DNA from: Azolla caroliniana
Lineage: Eukaryota; Plantae; Polypodiophyta
Assembly (NCBI GenBank): GCA_043228905.1
Contig: JBHGNT010000008.1
Coordinates: 5,766,001-5,830,000 of the forward strand
Length of the DNA: 64,000 bases
Direction: 5' to 3'
The notes beneath the pieces were generated by a model, which was not told the origin of the DNA, did not search any database, and saw only the letters and a list, made by a program, of their open reading frames with translations. How positions within the stretch are numbered: position 1 is the first letter of the stretch; every line of letters begins with the position of its first letter. A program made the position numbers and the translations under genes. Below, one piece after another: positions 49,122 to 60,929 of this stretch.

Positions 49122-50871
49122 TCTTCCTTCTGCAGAAAGATTCAAAGCACGTCCTTTTTCTCTTTTCTTTTTTTCTATTGTGGGTGGGGAAAGGGGAATC
49201 ATATAATGAACTCATCCCATTCACACAAATAACTTATTCTTCCTTGATTACATGCATAATCTCAAAGACATCATTAATTTAATGATTAGAATATATAAGG
49301 CTGTTTTCATCCTCATCACTCTTTCTTCTACAGAAGGATTTGAATGATTCTCATTTTCAAAGGGGAGAGGTTTGCGCATGAACTCATGCAGTTCTCACAC
49401 AGTAATTCATTAATAATTCTAAATTTGCCAAAAGTATCAGTAATTTAATATTTGGAAAGTAATAGATATATGAAGTTGCTTACACTTTCAGAAGGGTATC
49501 TGGAATAATCAAGGTTCTTGCAAAAAACCTTTGATGTATCAGCAGTAAATACGTTTTATAGTGTAAAAAGAGGGCTTTATAGTGTACTATCTTCCTACTA
49601 AGAGACTTTGTGGGGCTGATCCATGTTCTTTCATTATCCAATTTAATGATATCATTTCGTATCACTTTATTCTTTTCCACTTTGATCATGCTCAGATATG
49701 GATACAAACTTAAGATTAAATTACTAAAATTTAGGTATTGGTTCATATTTATCATCACATGGACTATATGAAAGGGATGCCAGAGGGGGTAAAAGGAGGA
49801 ATCACCATCATCTGGGGGTATTCCCCGAGTACATATAATGGTATTGTCAGAGTTAATTAACCTGAAGAACAGTATCAAAAGACATGTGTGCAAATTTAAC
49901 TCCTATCTTTTTAGCCATCTTTCTTTCTCTTGGATACTTGCTTCAGTTTTCCGTGACTGGGCTCGATTGTATTATGGATTCTAATTAGTGAAAGAAATGA
50001 TAATAAAGGATGATATTTACCAGTGATCAAGAAGTTGATGAAGATAATCTTTGGCGTGTGAATTGTTGCGTCTTGTTGAGTAAAATTGTGTCAATATAGA
50101 ATATGAACCCCTGGATTGAGATTATTATAGTTTCTAAATGAAAGAAGACATTCTTAAGAGACTATTTCGCAAATTCTAATTGCAAAGGCTTATGACATTA
50201 CTTACAAAATTAATCTACATTACAGACAACACATTTTTTTTATTCTTGTAGGTTCTAAATGCGAAAGCACACTATTGAGAGACTAATATAAAAAATCAAT
50301 CGACATTAATCTAATCCATGGATGCATAAGCTAATCTGTCGTAATGCTCAAATAATAGAGAAATCTTTCAACTGTAGTCCTTAGGTATCACATGAATAGT
50401 TCAAGAGTATGGCACAAATAATTCAACCATATTCTGCAAGTTATCCAACCATAGTGCACAAAACAGTCAAGCCTATCACACAGATTTACTGAGCCATAAC
50501 CATACTTTACAAAATACTTCAACCATAATCCAGATAATTTGTTCATCCATATATTGCACAATAATTCAACCATTTTTACTCAAATGTTGCAGAATATTAA
50601 GCAAGAATATATTTTTCCTGGAAATAATCCCTTGATCACGCTGTCCAAATATTGCAGAAAACAATTACTTTTCATTTCGTACTTGTTTCTCTTTTTTACA
50701 GGATATTTATTTCAAGATCATCATGAAATTCTGAACACAGGAAAACAAGAAAACCCATCAGATATAAAGAATCTTACGTGGTGCTTTTACATCGAAGAGC
50801 ACAGAAAGCGAAGATGAGGAAGAGGAAGAGGAAACAAAGGCGATCGAATCAGGAAACTAGAAATTAGGTAA

Positions 50872-50955
50872 GGATTAGGGTTAGGGCTAGGGCTATGCTA
50901 TGGTTCTGGTTCGGGTTCGGGTTCGATTTCGAGTTAGGGTTAGGGTTAGGGTTAG
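50872..50955 (+). repeat. Short telomere-like (TTAGGG)n / (TTCGGG)n tract
   Basis: TTAGGGTTAGGGCTAGGG...TTCGGGTTCGGG...TTAGGGTTAGGGTTAGGGTTAG. Confidence 0.8.
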
Positions 50956-51039
50956 AGCTTTTAATTGAGAGAGAAAACAGAGTAATGTTTTTATGAATAA
51001 CTACCATATAAGTTTATTTTATTTGATGAGGATTAAAAG

Positions 51040-52129
51040 GTCATACATACATTACATACATACATACATACACACATACATACATACATATGGCATACAT
51101 ACATTATCAGCCTAAGTGGGCCTAGCCAACCAGATCGATTCCAGTCTGACCTACCGGCTTTTCCAGTTGGTCCGCCCCATGTTGAGCTTGCTCGCTCAAC
51201 ACTCCCCACTCCCCCTCAAGCTCAAGTTGAGGTCGGCTCCTTGTGTCAGCTTCAGTTAGTTCTTGCATCCGGCTCCTCCTGGCATCCTCACGCCTAGTTC
51301 GTGCTCCTCGTCCAATCCGGTCCCGCGTTCCACGACCCCTCTCATCCAACGCTCCTCGACCCCTCTGGTTCCACGCTCCTCAACAACTACCCTTCTCAGC
51401 TTCCTTGTTGTTGTGGCATTGGCGCCCCTTGCCCTGTCGACGCTTCTATATCGGCATCGCCTTCGACTGCCTCCTTGTCCATTGGCCTTCATACGATTTG
51501 GCTCGTCTGAATCATACCACTCGACTGAATCGGATGTCTCCAATTCATTTTCTACTTGTCTGAATCGGCAATCTCCGATTCACCTTCCTTTTGCCCTTTG
51601 ACCACATCTGCCCATGTCCTGGTCTTGGCCTTCTTCTTCCGGGCGGCTCTGTCCTTCTTGACTCTGTCGCCTGCCTTGCCTTTCTTAGCTCGGTCTCCCC
51701 CTTGTTCGGTTGGCTCCGGCTCCAACTTGTTCCCTTCACCACTTCCCCTGCATTCATCCTCAGCTTCTTCAACCGTCCCGAAATGGAATTCTTCATCTGA
51801 TTCGTTTTTTCGGACTTCATCTCTCTCCTCCCACTCGTTCTCGCTCCTACCCCTCAAGTTCGGCATTCGAGGTGTTGTATGCCATGCATGCCTGAGATTT
51901 GCCAGGCCGAGAGGTTTGGTGAAGATATCGGCAACCTGCAGATCGGTCAAAACATACACAAGTTCCAATTCACCAGAGAGGACTTGCTCACGGACAAAAT
52001 GATAGTGCATGAAAAACAGGGTTCTTTGCTAGTTGGATATTGTTAAGGTTGTCGCAATATATCACTATTGGTTCGGACACCTCCGCATGTAAATCCTTCA
52101 AGAGCCTCACATGTCACAACAGACGCTCC
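51040..52129 (-). mobile_element. 3' fragment of a Ty1/Copia element (RNase H end, 3' extension, PPT, truncated LTR)
   Basis: IYCDNLNNIQLAKNPVF, HYHFVREQVLSGE, VADIFTKPL; PPT at 51202-51216; LTR begins TGTTGAGCGAGCAAGCTCAA at 51201 (-); same family as 53922-58215. Confidence 0.93.
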
Positions 52130-53921
52130 TGTCACGATATGGCAAGACTCGAACCCATGACCTTATGTTACATGGGTCGAGCTTTTGATCATTAGACTAT
52201 ATGTTGTAATACGAAAGATATTATTTTCATTTAAGATTTACTATAGAAAATTGATGTATCTTCCAGATTTCTCTAGAACATTCTAGAAACTTCAGGAGTA
52301 CTCCTGGGAACCCTTTCCCATGAAATTTGATGGAACGCGATCACAGTTTAGAGGATTCCTTAATTAGGTACGATTAGTCATTCAAATGCATCATTCCCGA
52401 TATCCCACCGATGCATCACGAGTGGGTTTAGTAGGCACGTTGTTAAGTGGCTCAGCTTTGGCTTGGTTCGCTCCGTTGTTAATCTCCTTTACTAAACAAT
52501 TTTGAAGAGTTTTTAAGTGAATTTAAAGCCTATTTGGAGATACTAACAACATAAGGACAACAATCAACAAAATCCGACAATTACGTCAAGGTGATCGTCC
52601 AGCCTCCACATACATTGCAGATTTCCACCTACTCGTCTCTAATATCCCCTGGGATGACCAAGCACTTATGGAGCAATTTCATTATGGTCTACGTAACGAT
52701 GTCAAGGATTTACTCTTGACCTTCCCCAAAGAACCAAAGTCATTGACAGAAGCAATCAGTCGCGCAGGTGAAATGCGACAACCGTCTTTTCGAACGACGT
52801 TCGGAATGTCAGTTCCAGATGCCAATGGCAAGATCAGAGCCCACCTACGCCTGAGTGGCAACAAAACCTTTTCCAAGGGAGTCATGTAATGCATCTCCAG
52901 TGAATACTCCAACTCTGATGGAAATTGACATTACACATCGTCGCGGACCATTATCGGAAGAAGAAAAGCAACGACACCGAGCAAATCAACTATGTCCTTA
53001 TTGCAGTGGACTAGGGCATATTGCAGTGAACTGTCCCCATAGGCCAAGAAGACAGGTGAACCAAATAGTTGCTAGTTCTAATTGTACTAAACCCAAGTCT
53101 ATTTTAGTAGGAATATCTAATAGTCCTAATAGTACTAATAGCCCAAATCTATCGAACAAATTTGATGTCCTTAGTCAGTTAGAAGAAGAGTTAAATGATT
53201 AAGTTCGGCCAAAATAGGAGCCGTTTGGTTGGATAACCCTAGATCTGTGCAACCCATTAGTGGTTCCATTCCCTTTAAGCAAGTTAGCAATGTGTTCTTA
53301 GCCCAAGTAACCATTAGTACTAAAAGTACCTCTCCAGTACAATGTCTCAACACTCCTAGATTCCTGAGCTAATTCTTGCTTCATGGATAGGAATTTTGCC
53401 CAAGCTCATCAGATATCCCTAAGAAAACTCCCATGTCTAGCCTCTGTAGTAGTCATTGATGGTCGTCCCATTGCTTCCGGAAATATCATAGAAGAGTCAG
53501 AGCTCATTAATATTGTCCTAGATAATTTAGCGTGTGTAGTATCCTTTAATATAATTAGTATCCTAGAACATCCCATTGTTTTGGGATTACCATGGTTCGA
53601 ATTACATAACCCAAATATAGATTGGAGAACAAGAGAAATCTGGTATCGACAAACCCGAGGATCTACTCATAAGATTGTAACCATTTTGTTACATCAGTTG
53701 CATGAGGAAGGACGCAAGGAAGAAATGCTTCTCTTCGCAGTATCAGTAAAACCCTCCAACACCATTAAAGAGGAGTCCACCGTTCAACTTCCAGAGAAGT
53801 ATCGTCATTATGCCGATGTGTTCGATAAAGTACAATGCCAATACGCTTCCTCACCATTGACCGTATGATTGCCCCATCGATTTACAACCGGTAAAAGAGC
53901 CACCATGGGAACTGATTTACA
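52130..53921 (+). mobile_element. 5' part of a Ty3/Gypsy chromovirus (truncated LTR, gag, protease)
   Basis: LTR TGTCACGATATGGC 52130-52310 joined by deletion to gag (KFDGTRSQFRGF, EQFHYGLRNDVKDLL, CPYCSGLGHIAVNCP); protease LLDS*ANSCFMD and IVLGLPWF; linker LPEKYRHYADVFDK. Confidence 0.93.
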
Positions 53922-56900
53922 AAGAACGTGGTGTCAGTTGGACAAATCGTCGACCAGGGGATGCAAGTGCGGTTTATGCACCTCGGTTGCTTCATCGACG
54001 AAGAAGGCCGAATAATCGCACAAGGGCACAAGGGAGGATGTTCATCCTCAACACAAATGACATTGGCACTGCCATGTTTGCCAAAGGACAGAAGATTGAA
54101 TCAAACATTGATCTCTAGCATAAGCTGATTGACCATGTCAATTATTGGAGGCTTCAAGACCTGCAATCGAAACAAGTTGTTTTCGGTTTGCCGAAATTTA
54201 GCGGCAGAAAGGCAGAAATTTGTGAAGCCTGCCAACTCGTGAAGCAACGCCAGCTTCCATTCCCCACCGAATGAAACCGGAGCCATAACAAGCTCGATCT
54301 AATCCATTCGGATGTATGGGGACCGACACAAACGTTAGTCTTGGCAGGAGTCGATATTTCGTCTCCTTCATCGACGACTACAGCCGACACACATGGATCT
54401 ACCTCATTGAGAGGAAGAGCCAAGTCTTTGAATGTTTCCGAAACCGTCAAAGCTTAGTTGAACAGGAAACGGAGAGGAAGGTCAAGTACTTGCGGTCAGA
54501 TGGCGGAAAAGAATACTTTTCTGGCCAATTCAATAGTTATTTGCAACAGAACGGAATTCGGAGAGAAATTAGCTGCAGATACACACCTAAGCAAAATAGT
54601 GTGGCCGAAAGGAAGAATCGGTCGATTGTCAACGCAGCAAGGGCAATGCTAGAGGAGAAGTGCATGCCCCAATTCTACTGGGCTAAGGCAGTCTGGGCAG
54701 CCATCTACATCCAAAACCAGATCAGAGACAAGGTGTCAACACATGAGCTGTATTTCGGGCAGAAGCCGAATTTGAGACACCTTCGGATATTTGGTAGCAT
54801 AGCATATGTGCATGTTCTGAATGAGAAGCAAAGGAAGCTAGATCGGAAGTCAGAGAAGTGCATCTTAGTCGGCTACTCACATGAGCAAAAGGGGTATAAG
54901 TGTTATAACCCCCAAACTAAGTAGGTTCGAGTAAGCCGAGATGTCGAGTTTGATGAGACAACATCATGGTACTCCCTACCGACTCCAACTCTTGAAGAAG
55001 ACCCAATATCCGGAAGATGAGGCTAGTGAGCCCGAGGAGGTCCACGAAGTAGATGAAGAACTCGACACTCTATAAGAGAGTCCGATCTCATTCCGGCTAA
55101 GTGGATCGAATGAGCGGCTGAGTCGGGATGGCCAGTCGGATGAAGAACCGGCGAGTAGTGGAGACTCTGCCATGCTCTTCTCGTGCAAGGAACCAAGTAG
55201 ATGGTTCACACGCAAAGAGAAAGTGAAGTAGAAAATGTCGGAATACGAAGCCAGCAACGTTGAGTCGGATTAGAGCAAATCCGACTCCGGAAAGGATGAA
55301 GGTGGATCTTCGGAAACGAAGTCTAAACCAGCCAAGAAGGGCCCCAAACCGGGTGATGACAAGTTACGCCAGTCTTCCCGCTAGAAGAACCACGTTACGT
55401 GGTACGGGTACAATGCGTACATGACCAAAGTGGCGGAAATGCGTGAGCCGGAGAGCTACGCAGAAGAGGCAAAGGACGCAAATTGGCATGCCGCTATGGA
55501 GGAAGAAAAGCGGGCACTCGATGCCAATGACACATGGGACCTCGTTGACCCTCCCCAACACTTTAAACCGATCAGTTGCAAATGGGTGTACAAGGTAAAG
55601 TGCAATGCCGACGGTTCAGTTAACCGGTACAAGGCTCGGTTAGTGGCGAAGGGATACGCACAGATCCACGGAATCGACTATGATGAGACCTTCGCTCTGG
55701 TAGCAAAGATGAAGATGGTTCGTGTGGTACTAATGGTTGCTATAGCAAGGGGGTGGCATCTTCACCAAATGGACATGAAGAATGCGTTTCTTCAAGGTGA
55801 CCTTGAAGAACGGGTCTATATGATCCAACCTCCCGGTTTTGAGTAGGAGATGAACAAGTTGGTGGTGTGCTGGCTTAAGAAGTCGCTTTATGATATGAAA
55901 CAAGCCCCCCGAGCTTGGAATGCGAAGATCATGGACCGGTTGCGTAAGATGGGGTTTGTGACCTCTAAATCCGACTCATCGTTGTTCATCGGGCAAGGTC
56001 CGGACGGTTTGGTTTGCATCTTACTTTATGTAGATGATTTAGTCATCACCGGACCTAGACTCAATGAAATCGGCCGTGTCAAGGCCCAACTGTCGGATGC
56101 ATTTGAGATGAAGTATCTGGGGGGACCTTCATTATTTCCTTGGGATCGAGGTGATCTGAACCCCCGACGACATATTGCTCTCACAACGCCATTATGTGTT
56201 GAATATGCTGTACAAGTTCTGCATGCCGGAATGCCGACCGATCTCTACACCCCTGAACTGGAACCTGAAGTTATGTCCCAACACCGGACCGGCCTGCAAT
56301 GAGAAACGGTTCCGACAAATACTCGGAAGCCTAATATACTTGAAAATCACTCGACCCGACATTAGTTATCCGGTCGGTGTGATCAACTAATTCATGCAGA
56401 AGCCAACCGTGGAGCACCTTCAGTGCACGCATCGAATATTGCGGTATGTGAGCAGCACGAAGGACCATAGATTGTTATACCGGAATGGTATAACGGAAGA
56501 GCTAGTCGGATACACATATGTCAACTGGGTTGGACATGCATTGAATCGCCGATCCACCTCAGGTTACATGTTTTCTCTAGGTAGCGCGATTGTTGTGTGG
56601 AGTAGCAAAAAGCAACCAATAGTGGTTCTATCGAGCATTGAGGCTGAGTACCGGGGCGCTATCAATGCCACTTGTGAAGCCATCTTGCTTCGACGACTTC
56701 TGCAAGATCTCCAAATTGAGGTGCCGACCCCGATCCTAATCTACTTGGACAACATAAGCAACATACAGCTCTCCAAGAATCCCGTATTCCATGCTCGAAC
56801 AAAGCACATAGAAGTGCATTATCACTTCGTGTGTGAGCGGGTCCTGAGTGGTGAAGTGGAACTTCGGTATGTTCAGACGGATCGGTAGGTTGCCGACATC

Positions 56901-58215
56901 TTCACCAAACCGCTCGGATCGGACAAGTTGCAACACTTCACCGAAATGATTGGTGTTCAGCATCTCGACATGCCGCACTTGAGGGAGAACGGGCAAAGGC
57001 AAAGAAATCGGTTCCATAACGGGCAAAGGCAAAGAAACTGTTGATGGCACCGGACAAGGAATCAGAAAGGGAAGAACCAACAAAGGGGGAGACAAGAGGA
57101 AAAAGGAAGTCAAGTCGACGGAGGAAGTCGGCACATCTGAACAAGTCGGAACGAGCGGCAACGACAGTAGAGTCAAGAAGGACAAAGCCGACCAGAAGGA
57201 GAAGGCCAAGACCTGGACATGGTCTGAAGTGGTGAAGGGCATGAAACCGGAAGACGAGTTGGAGAACACCGACTCGGACAAGAGCGGGAATGAATTGGAG
57301 ACAGCCGATTCGCTTCAACAATTGGATTTGGAGGAGCCGGATCAACTAAAGGCCAAGTGGACACGCACGCAACGGAAGTCGATGCCAACACGAAGGAACT
57401 GACGGGTCGACAAGCACCAGAGTCGCAACAATGAGGGAGCTGAAATGGGTGTGTTGAGAAGACAAGCCGACTGAGAAGGGTTCCTTTTTTAGCATTAGTG
57501 CCTTACGGCCAATAAGGAGTGCGGGTCAGTACACCGCTCGAATATGGAGCATGTCCACTCTCGATAGCAATGCCGCCCCTAGAAACCATTACTATCATGG
57601 ATGTAACCAAGACTTCTTGGAGGTCACCCATCCCGGTACTGTTTTGGCTCAGGCACGCTTAACTAGCAATGCTTGAAGCATCCAAGCAATGCGCAGAACC
57701 AGAAGGGTCGCAGAAAATAGGACCGGACCGGACGAGGAGCGCGAGCAAGACAGAGTGATGCCAAAAGGAGCCGGGTAGAAGAACCACAATCCGACCTCAA
57801 GTTGAGCTTGAGGGGGAGTGCTCAGCAAGCAAGCTCAATTGGATCCGGATCGGCTGAATAAGCCAGAGCCGAATCAGAGAGCCAGATTCGAGTGCAAACC
57901 AGAAGCTTAGTAGTAGCCTAGATTACTAGGTAATCATTGTCTCGTAGTTAGTGTCAGTCGCTCGTATGAGCATTGAAGTACATAGTACTTTTGTTAGTCC
58001 TTTTTGGACTTGTATAAATAGTGTTGTTTAGCACGTTGTATGTATAGAGTTACATAGTGTTTTGATTTTTGAATCTACGTTTAGGTTCTGCTCTCTTTGT
58101 CTCTCCCGCATATACTCTCTGTGTATTAAGCTTCTCCATTAAACCTTCATCTTATTCTCTGTTGCTATCCGGCTGAGCCGGTTTTGTCTAACACTTCTGC
58201 ACATTAACATTAACA
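53922..58215 (+). mobile_element. 5'-truncated Ty1/Copia element (INT-RT-RH, 3' LTR 57819-58215)
   Basis: IHSDVWGP, LRSDGGKEY, YKARLVAKGY, LYVDD, HARTKHIEVHYHF; PPT GAGGGGGAG 57810-57818; LTR TGCTCAGC...ATTAACA. Confidence 0.95.
57484..57683 (-). mobile_element. 5S rRNA-derived short element (SINE3-like or Cassandra-like fragment)
   Basis: Minus strand AGTTAAGCGTGCCTGAGCCAAAACAGTACCGGGATGGGTGACCTCCAAGAAGTC (57664-57611) matches the A-box/IE/C-box region of plant 5S rRNA; bounded by GGATGC and GTTACATCC; followed by ~110 nt of unique sequence and A6; absent from the related Copia 3' region at 51200-51850. Confidence 0.75.
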
Positions 58216-60929
58216 AATGTCATCTTGAGTATTGGGGCGAAGATCTCATCGAAATCCACTCCTTTCTTCTATTGAAACCCCTTCACCACGATCTAGGCTT
58301 TGTATCTTGGTGGATTTCCGGTGCCTCCTGGTTTTAGCTTGTACACCCACTTGTTCCGGATCGCTCTCTTTCCCTGCAGGGAATCCATCTCATCCTGCAT
58401 GGCACTTAACCACTTGCGGTTGTGGGTGTCTTTCTTTGCTTCTTCGAAGCTTTCCGGCTCCCCCTCGCCGGTCAGCAACAGATGCTCTACATCCGGAAAT
58501 CTCCGGGGGGCTCTTCTCTCCTTGAGGGGATATCTTCTTCCTTGGTCTTCAGTCACCGGTTCCTCTGTTTGTTCTTCATCCGAATCCAATACGGGATATT
58601 GTCCAGTTCCGGTGTCCGATTCTTCTTTGGTCAGTTCGGCTCTTTGTTCGAATCCTGCTGGTTCATCATGGTCCTTGTCTGACATCCGGCTTCCGACCGG
58701 ATGCATCCTAGCATCTTCCAAATGATCTCTGTCGGTCGACCTGGAGTGCACTATCTTCTTCTCCGACTCCTAGTCGGCAATGGTCTTGTCTTCCACGAAG
58801 ACAATGTCTTGACTTTGGAACACCTTCTTGTCGACCAGGTCCCACACTCGGTACCCGAACTCATCATCGCCGTATCCAAGGAATATGCATGGTCGGGACT
58901 TCGGATCCAGTTTGTTCTCTTGTCCTTTGCAACATGCACGTAAGTGAGACAACCGAACACCTTTAGATTCTAGTAAGACACATCTTTACCGATCCATACT
59001 CTTTGTGGTGAGTCTCCGTCCAAGGGTGCTGAGGATGATTTGTTAATCACGTACGTCACCGTCATTAGTGCCTCAGCCCAAAACGTCTTGGAAAACTTAG
59101 CATGTGCCAACATGCTCCGGACTCTCTCCATCACAATCTGGTTCATCCGTTCGGCCAATCGGTTCAGCTCCGATGTCTTCGGCACGATGAATTCAAGCCG
59201 GATTCCCTTTGACCGACAATACTCCTTAAACTACCCCTGGTATTCTCCTCTGTTGTCTGCTCGAACTGCCTTCAACTTTCGGCTGGTTTCTCTATCCACT
59301 CTCGCGTGGAAGTCCTTGAAGACGGACAATACCTGATCCTTCATCTTTAGGGGTGAGACCCACAACTTCCGGGTGTGGTTGTATATGAATGTCACGAAGT
59401 ACTGCGATCCGGCACGTGACTTCGTGTCCACTTGCCATACATCGGTATGCACAAGTTCCAATGGTGCATTCTGTCTCGACGATGGTCTCGACTGGAAAGA
59501 GGTTCGGTTCTACTTGCCGGCCAAGCAGTCAGTGCACTTCTCAGCTGCATGTCTTTCACCTCCAGAATGAGGTTAACATTGGCAAGTCTTCTCATCCCTT
59601 TCCATCTCATGTGACACAACCTCTTGTGCCACGGCTCACCCGCATTTTCGGATGCCATGTTCACTTCCTCCTAGTAGATCTGGGCATGCATCAGGTACCG
59701 TGTGTTGATCTTCCGGGCTTGGACCACGATCAGGCTTCCTTTGCAAAACTTCATGACTCCATTCCGGATGCTACCAATGTAGCCTTCATCATCTAGCCGA
59801 CCGGCTGATATCAGGTTCAACCGAACCTCCGGAACGTGTCAGACATCTTTCAACAATAGCTTGCACCTAGCTGACGTCGTCAACCACACGTCTCCTATGC
59901 CGACGATTCGGCATGCATCTTCATTTCCCATCCGGACAGAACCGTGATCTCCGGTTCTGTACGATGCGAAGCACTTCCGGTCGGGGGTCAAATGGAATGA
60001 CACGTTGGAGTCAACCACCCATGTCGTTTTGTCGCTGACAAGATGCAGCTCACTCTCCTCAATGATTAGCAACAGTTCTTCCTCGCTTGTCACGATTACT
60101 GATGTTGCTCTTCTTTTTGAAATCTTCTTCGGTTCTGGAATGTCGGCTCCCCCTTTGGTTTTCCAGAAGTGTCGGCAATTCTTCTGGAAGTGCCCCGACT
60201 TTCCGCAATAAAAGCAAGTGGGCCTTCCCCTTGACTTCGACCTCGTCCTCGATTTGTCCTGGTTTTGGGGACTCCGGTTCTAGCCTCTTCCCCGGTTATG
60301 GTCATCTTCCATGGCCAAGGCCTTTGGATCGATTCCGGACTCCTAGTCCTTCCGACAAGCCTCTTCATCCAGCAAGCTAGATTTTACCCTTGCTAAGGTT
60401 AGGTGTTTTCCTTCCGGAACTGAGCAGGAGAAACTCAAGTACCTCATCGGCTAGAGGTACTTCCAGTGAGGTTGTTTGATTTATGAGCCCCTGGAAAGCA
60501 TTCATGTGCTCTACCATGCTGGATCCGTCCTAGTACCAGAGTCTCACTAATGCCGGGCCGGAAGGTAAACACTTGTCCCTAGCAAGGTTAAAATTAAGCT
60601 TGTTGGACGAAGAAGCTCGCCACGAAACTGGATATACAATGGTTTTACTCTCCAACATGCGTTTTTACAAAGCACATGAGCCTTACTTTCTTCATTAAAG
60701 TTGTTGTACAGGCTCATGTCGATGAAGCATCTAATGTATGTTGTTGTCTTCATATGCATTACCTTCCATGTCATGGCATCTATATTGTCCAGTTTCTTGT
60801 CCCTGAATTGTACCATCAACTAGAGATCTTTGACCACGAGCATGTCTCTCATCTTCGACTTCCACATTGGGTAGTTGGAGCCTGTGAGCTTGAGCATGCT
60901 TCTGAAGGAATCTTCCATTTTCTTCCAAG
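58216..60929 (-). mobile_element. Degenerate Tork/Tnt1-like Copia (gag to start of RT)
   Basis: MEDSFRSMLKLT start near 60917; CFYCGKSGHFQKNC; WVVDSNVSFH; ELVHTDVW; KLDPKSRPCIFLGY; EGEPESFEEA; ends at GVDFDEIFAP where the other Copia LTR is inserted. Confidence 0.95.

Noticed and set aside
50872-50955. True telomere or chromosome-fusion scar
   Set aside because: Short, degenerate and single-orientation, consistent with promoter-type telo-box tracts.
57599-57683. Functional 5S rRNA gene
   Set aside because: Only about 85 nt with the 5' domain largely missing, about 20% diverged, no oligo-T terminator directly after it and not in a tandem array.
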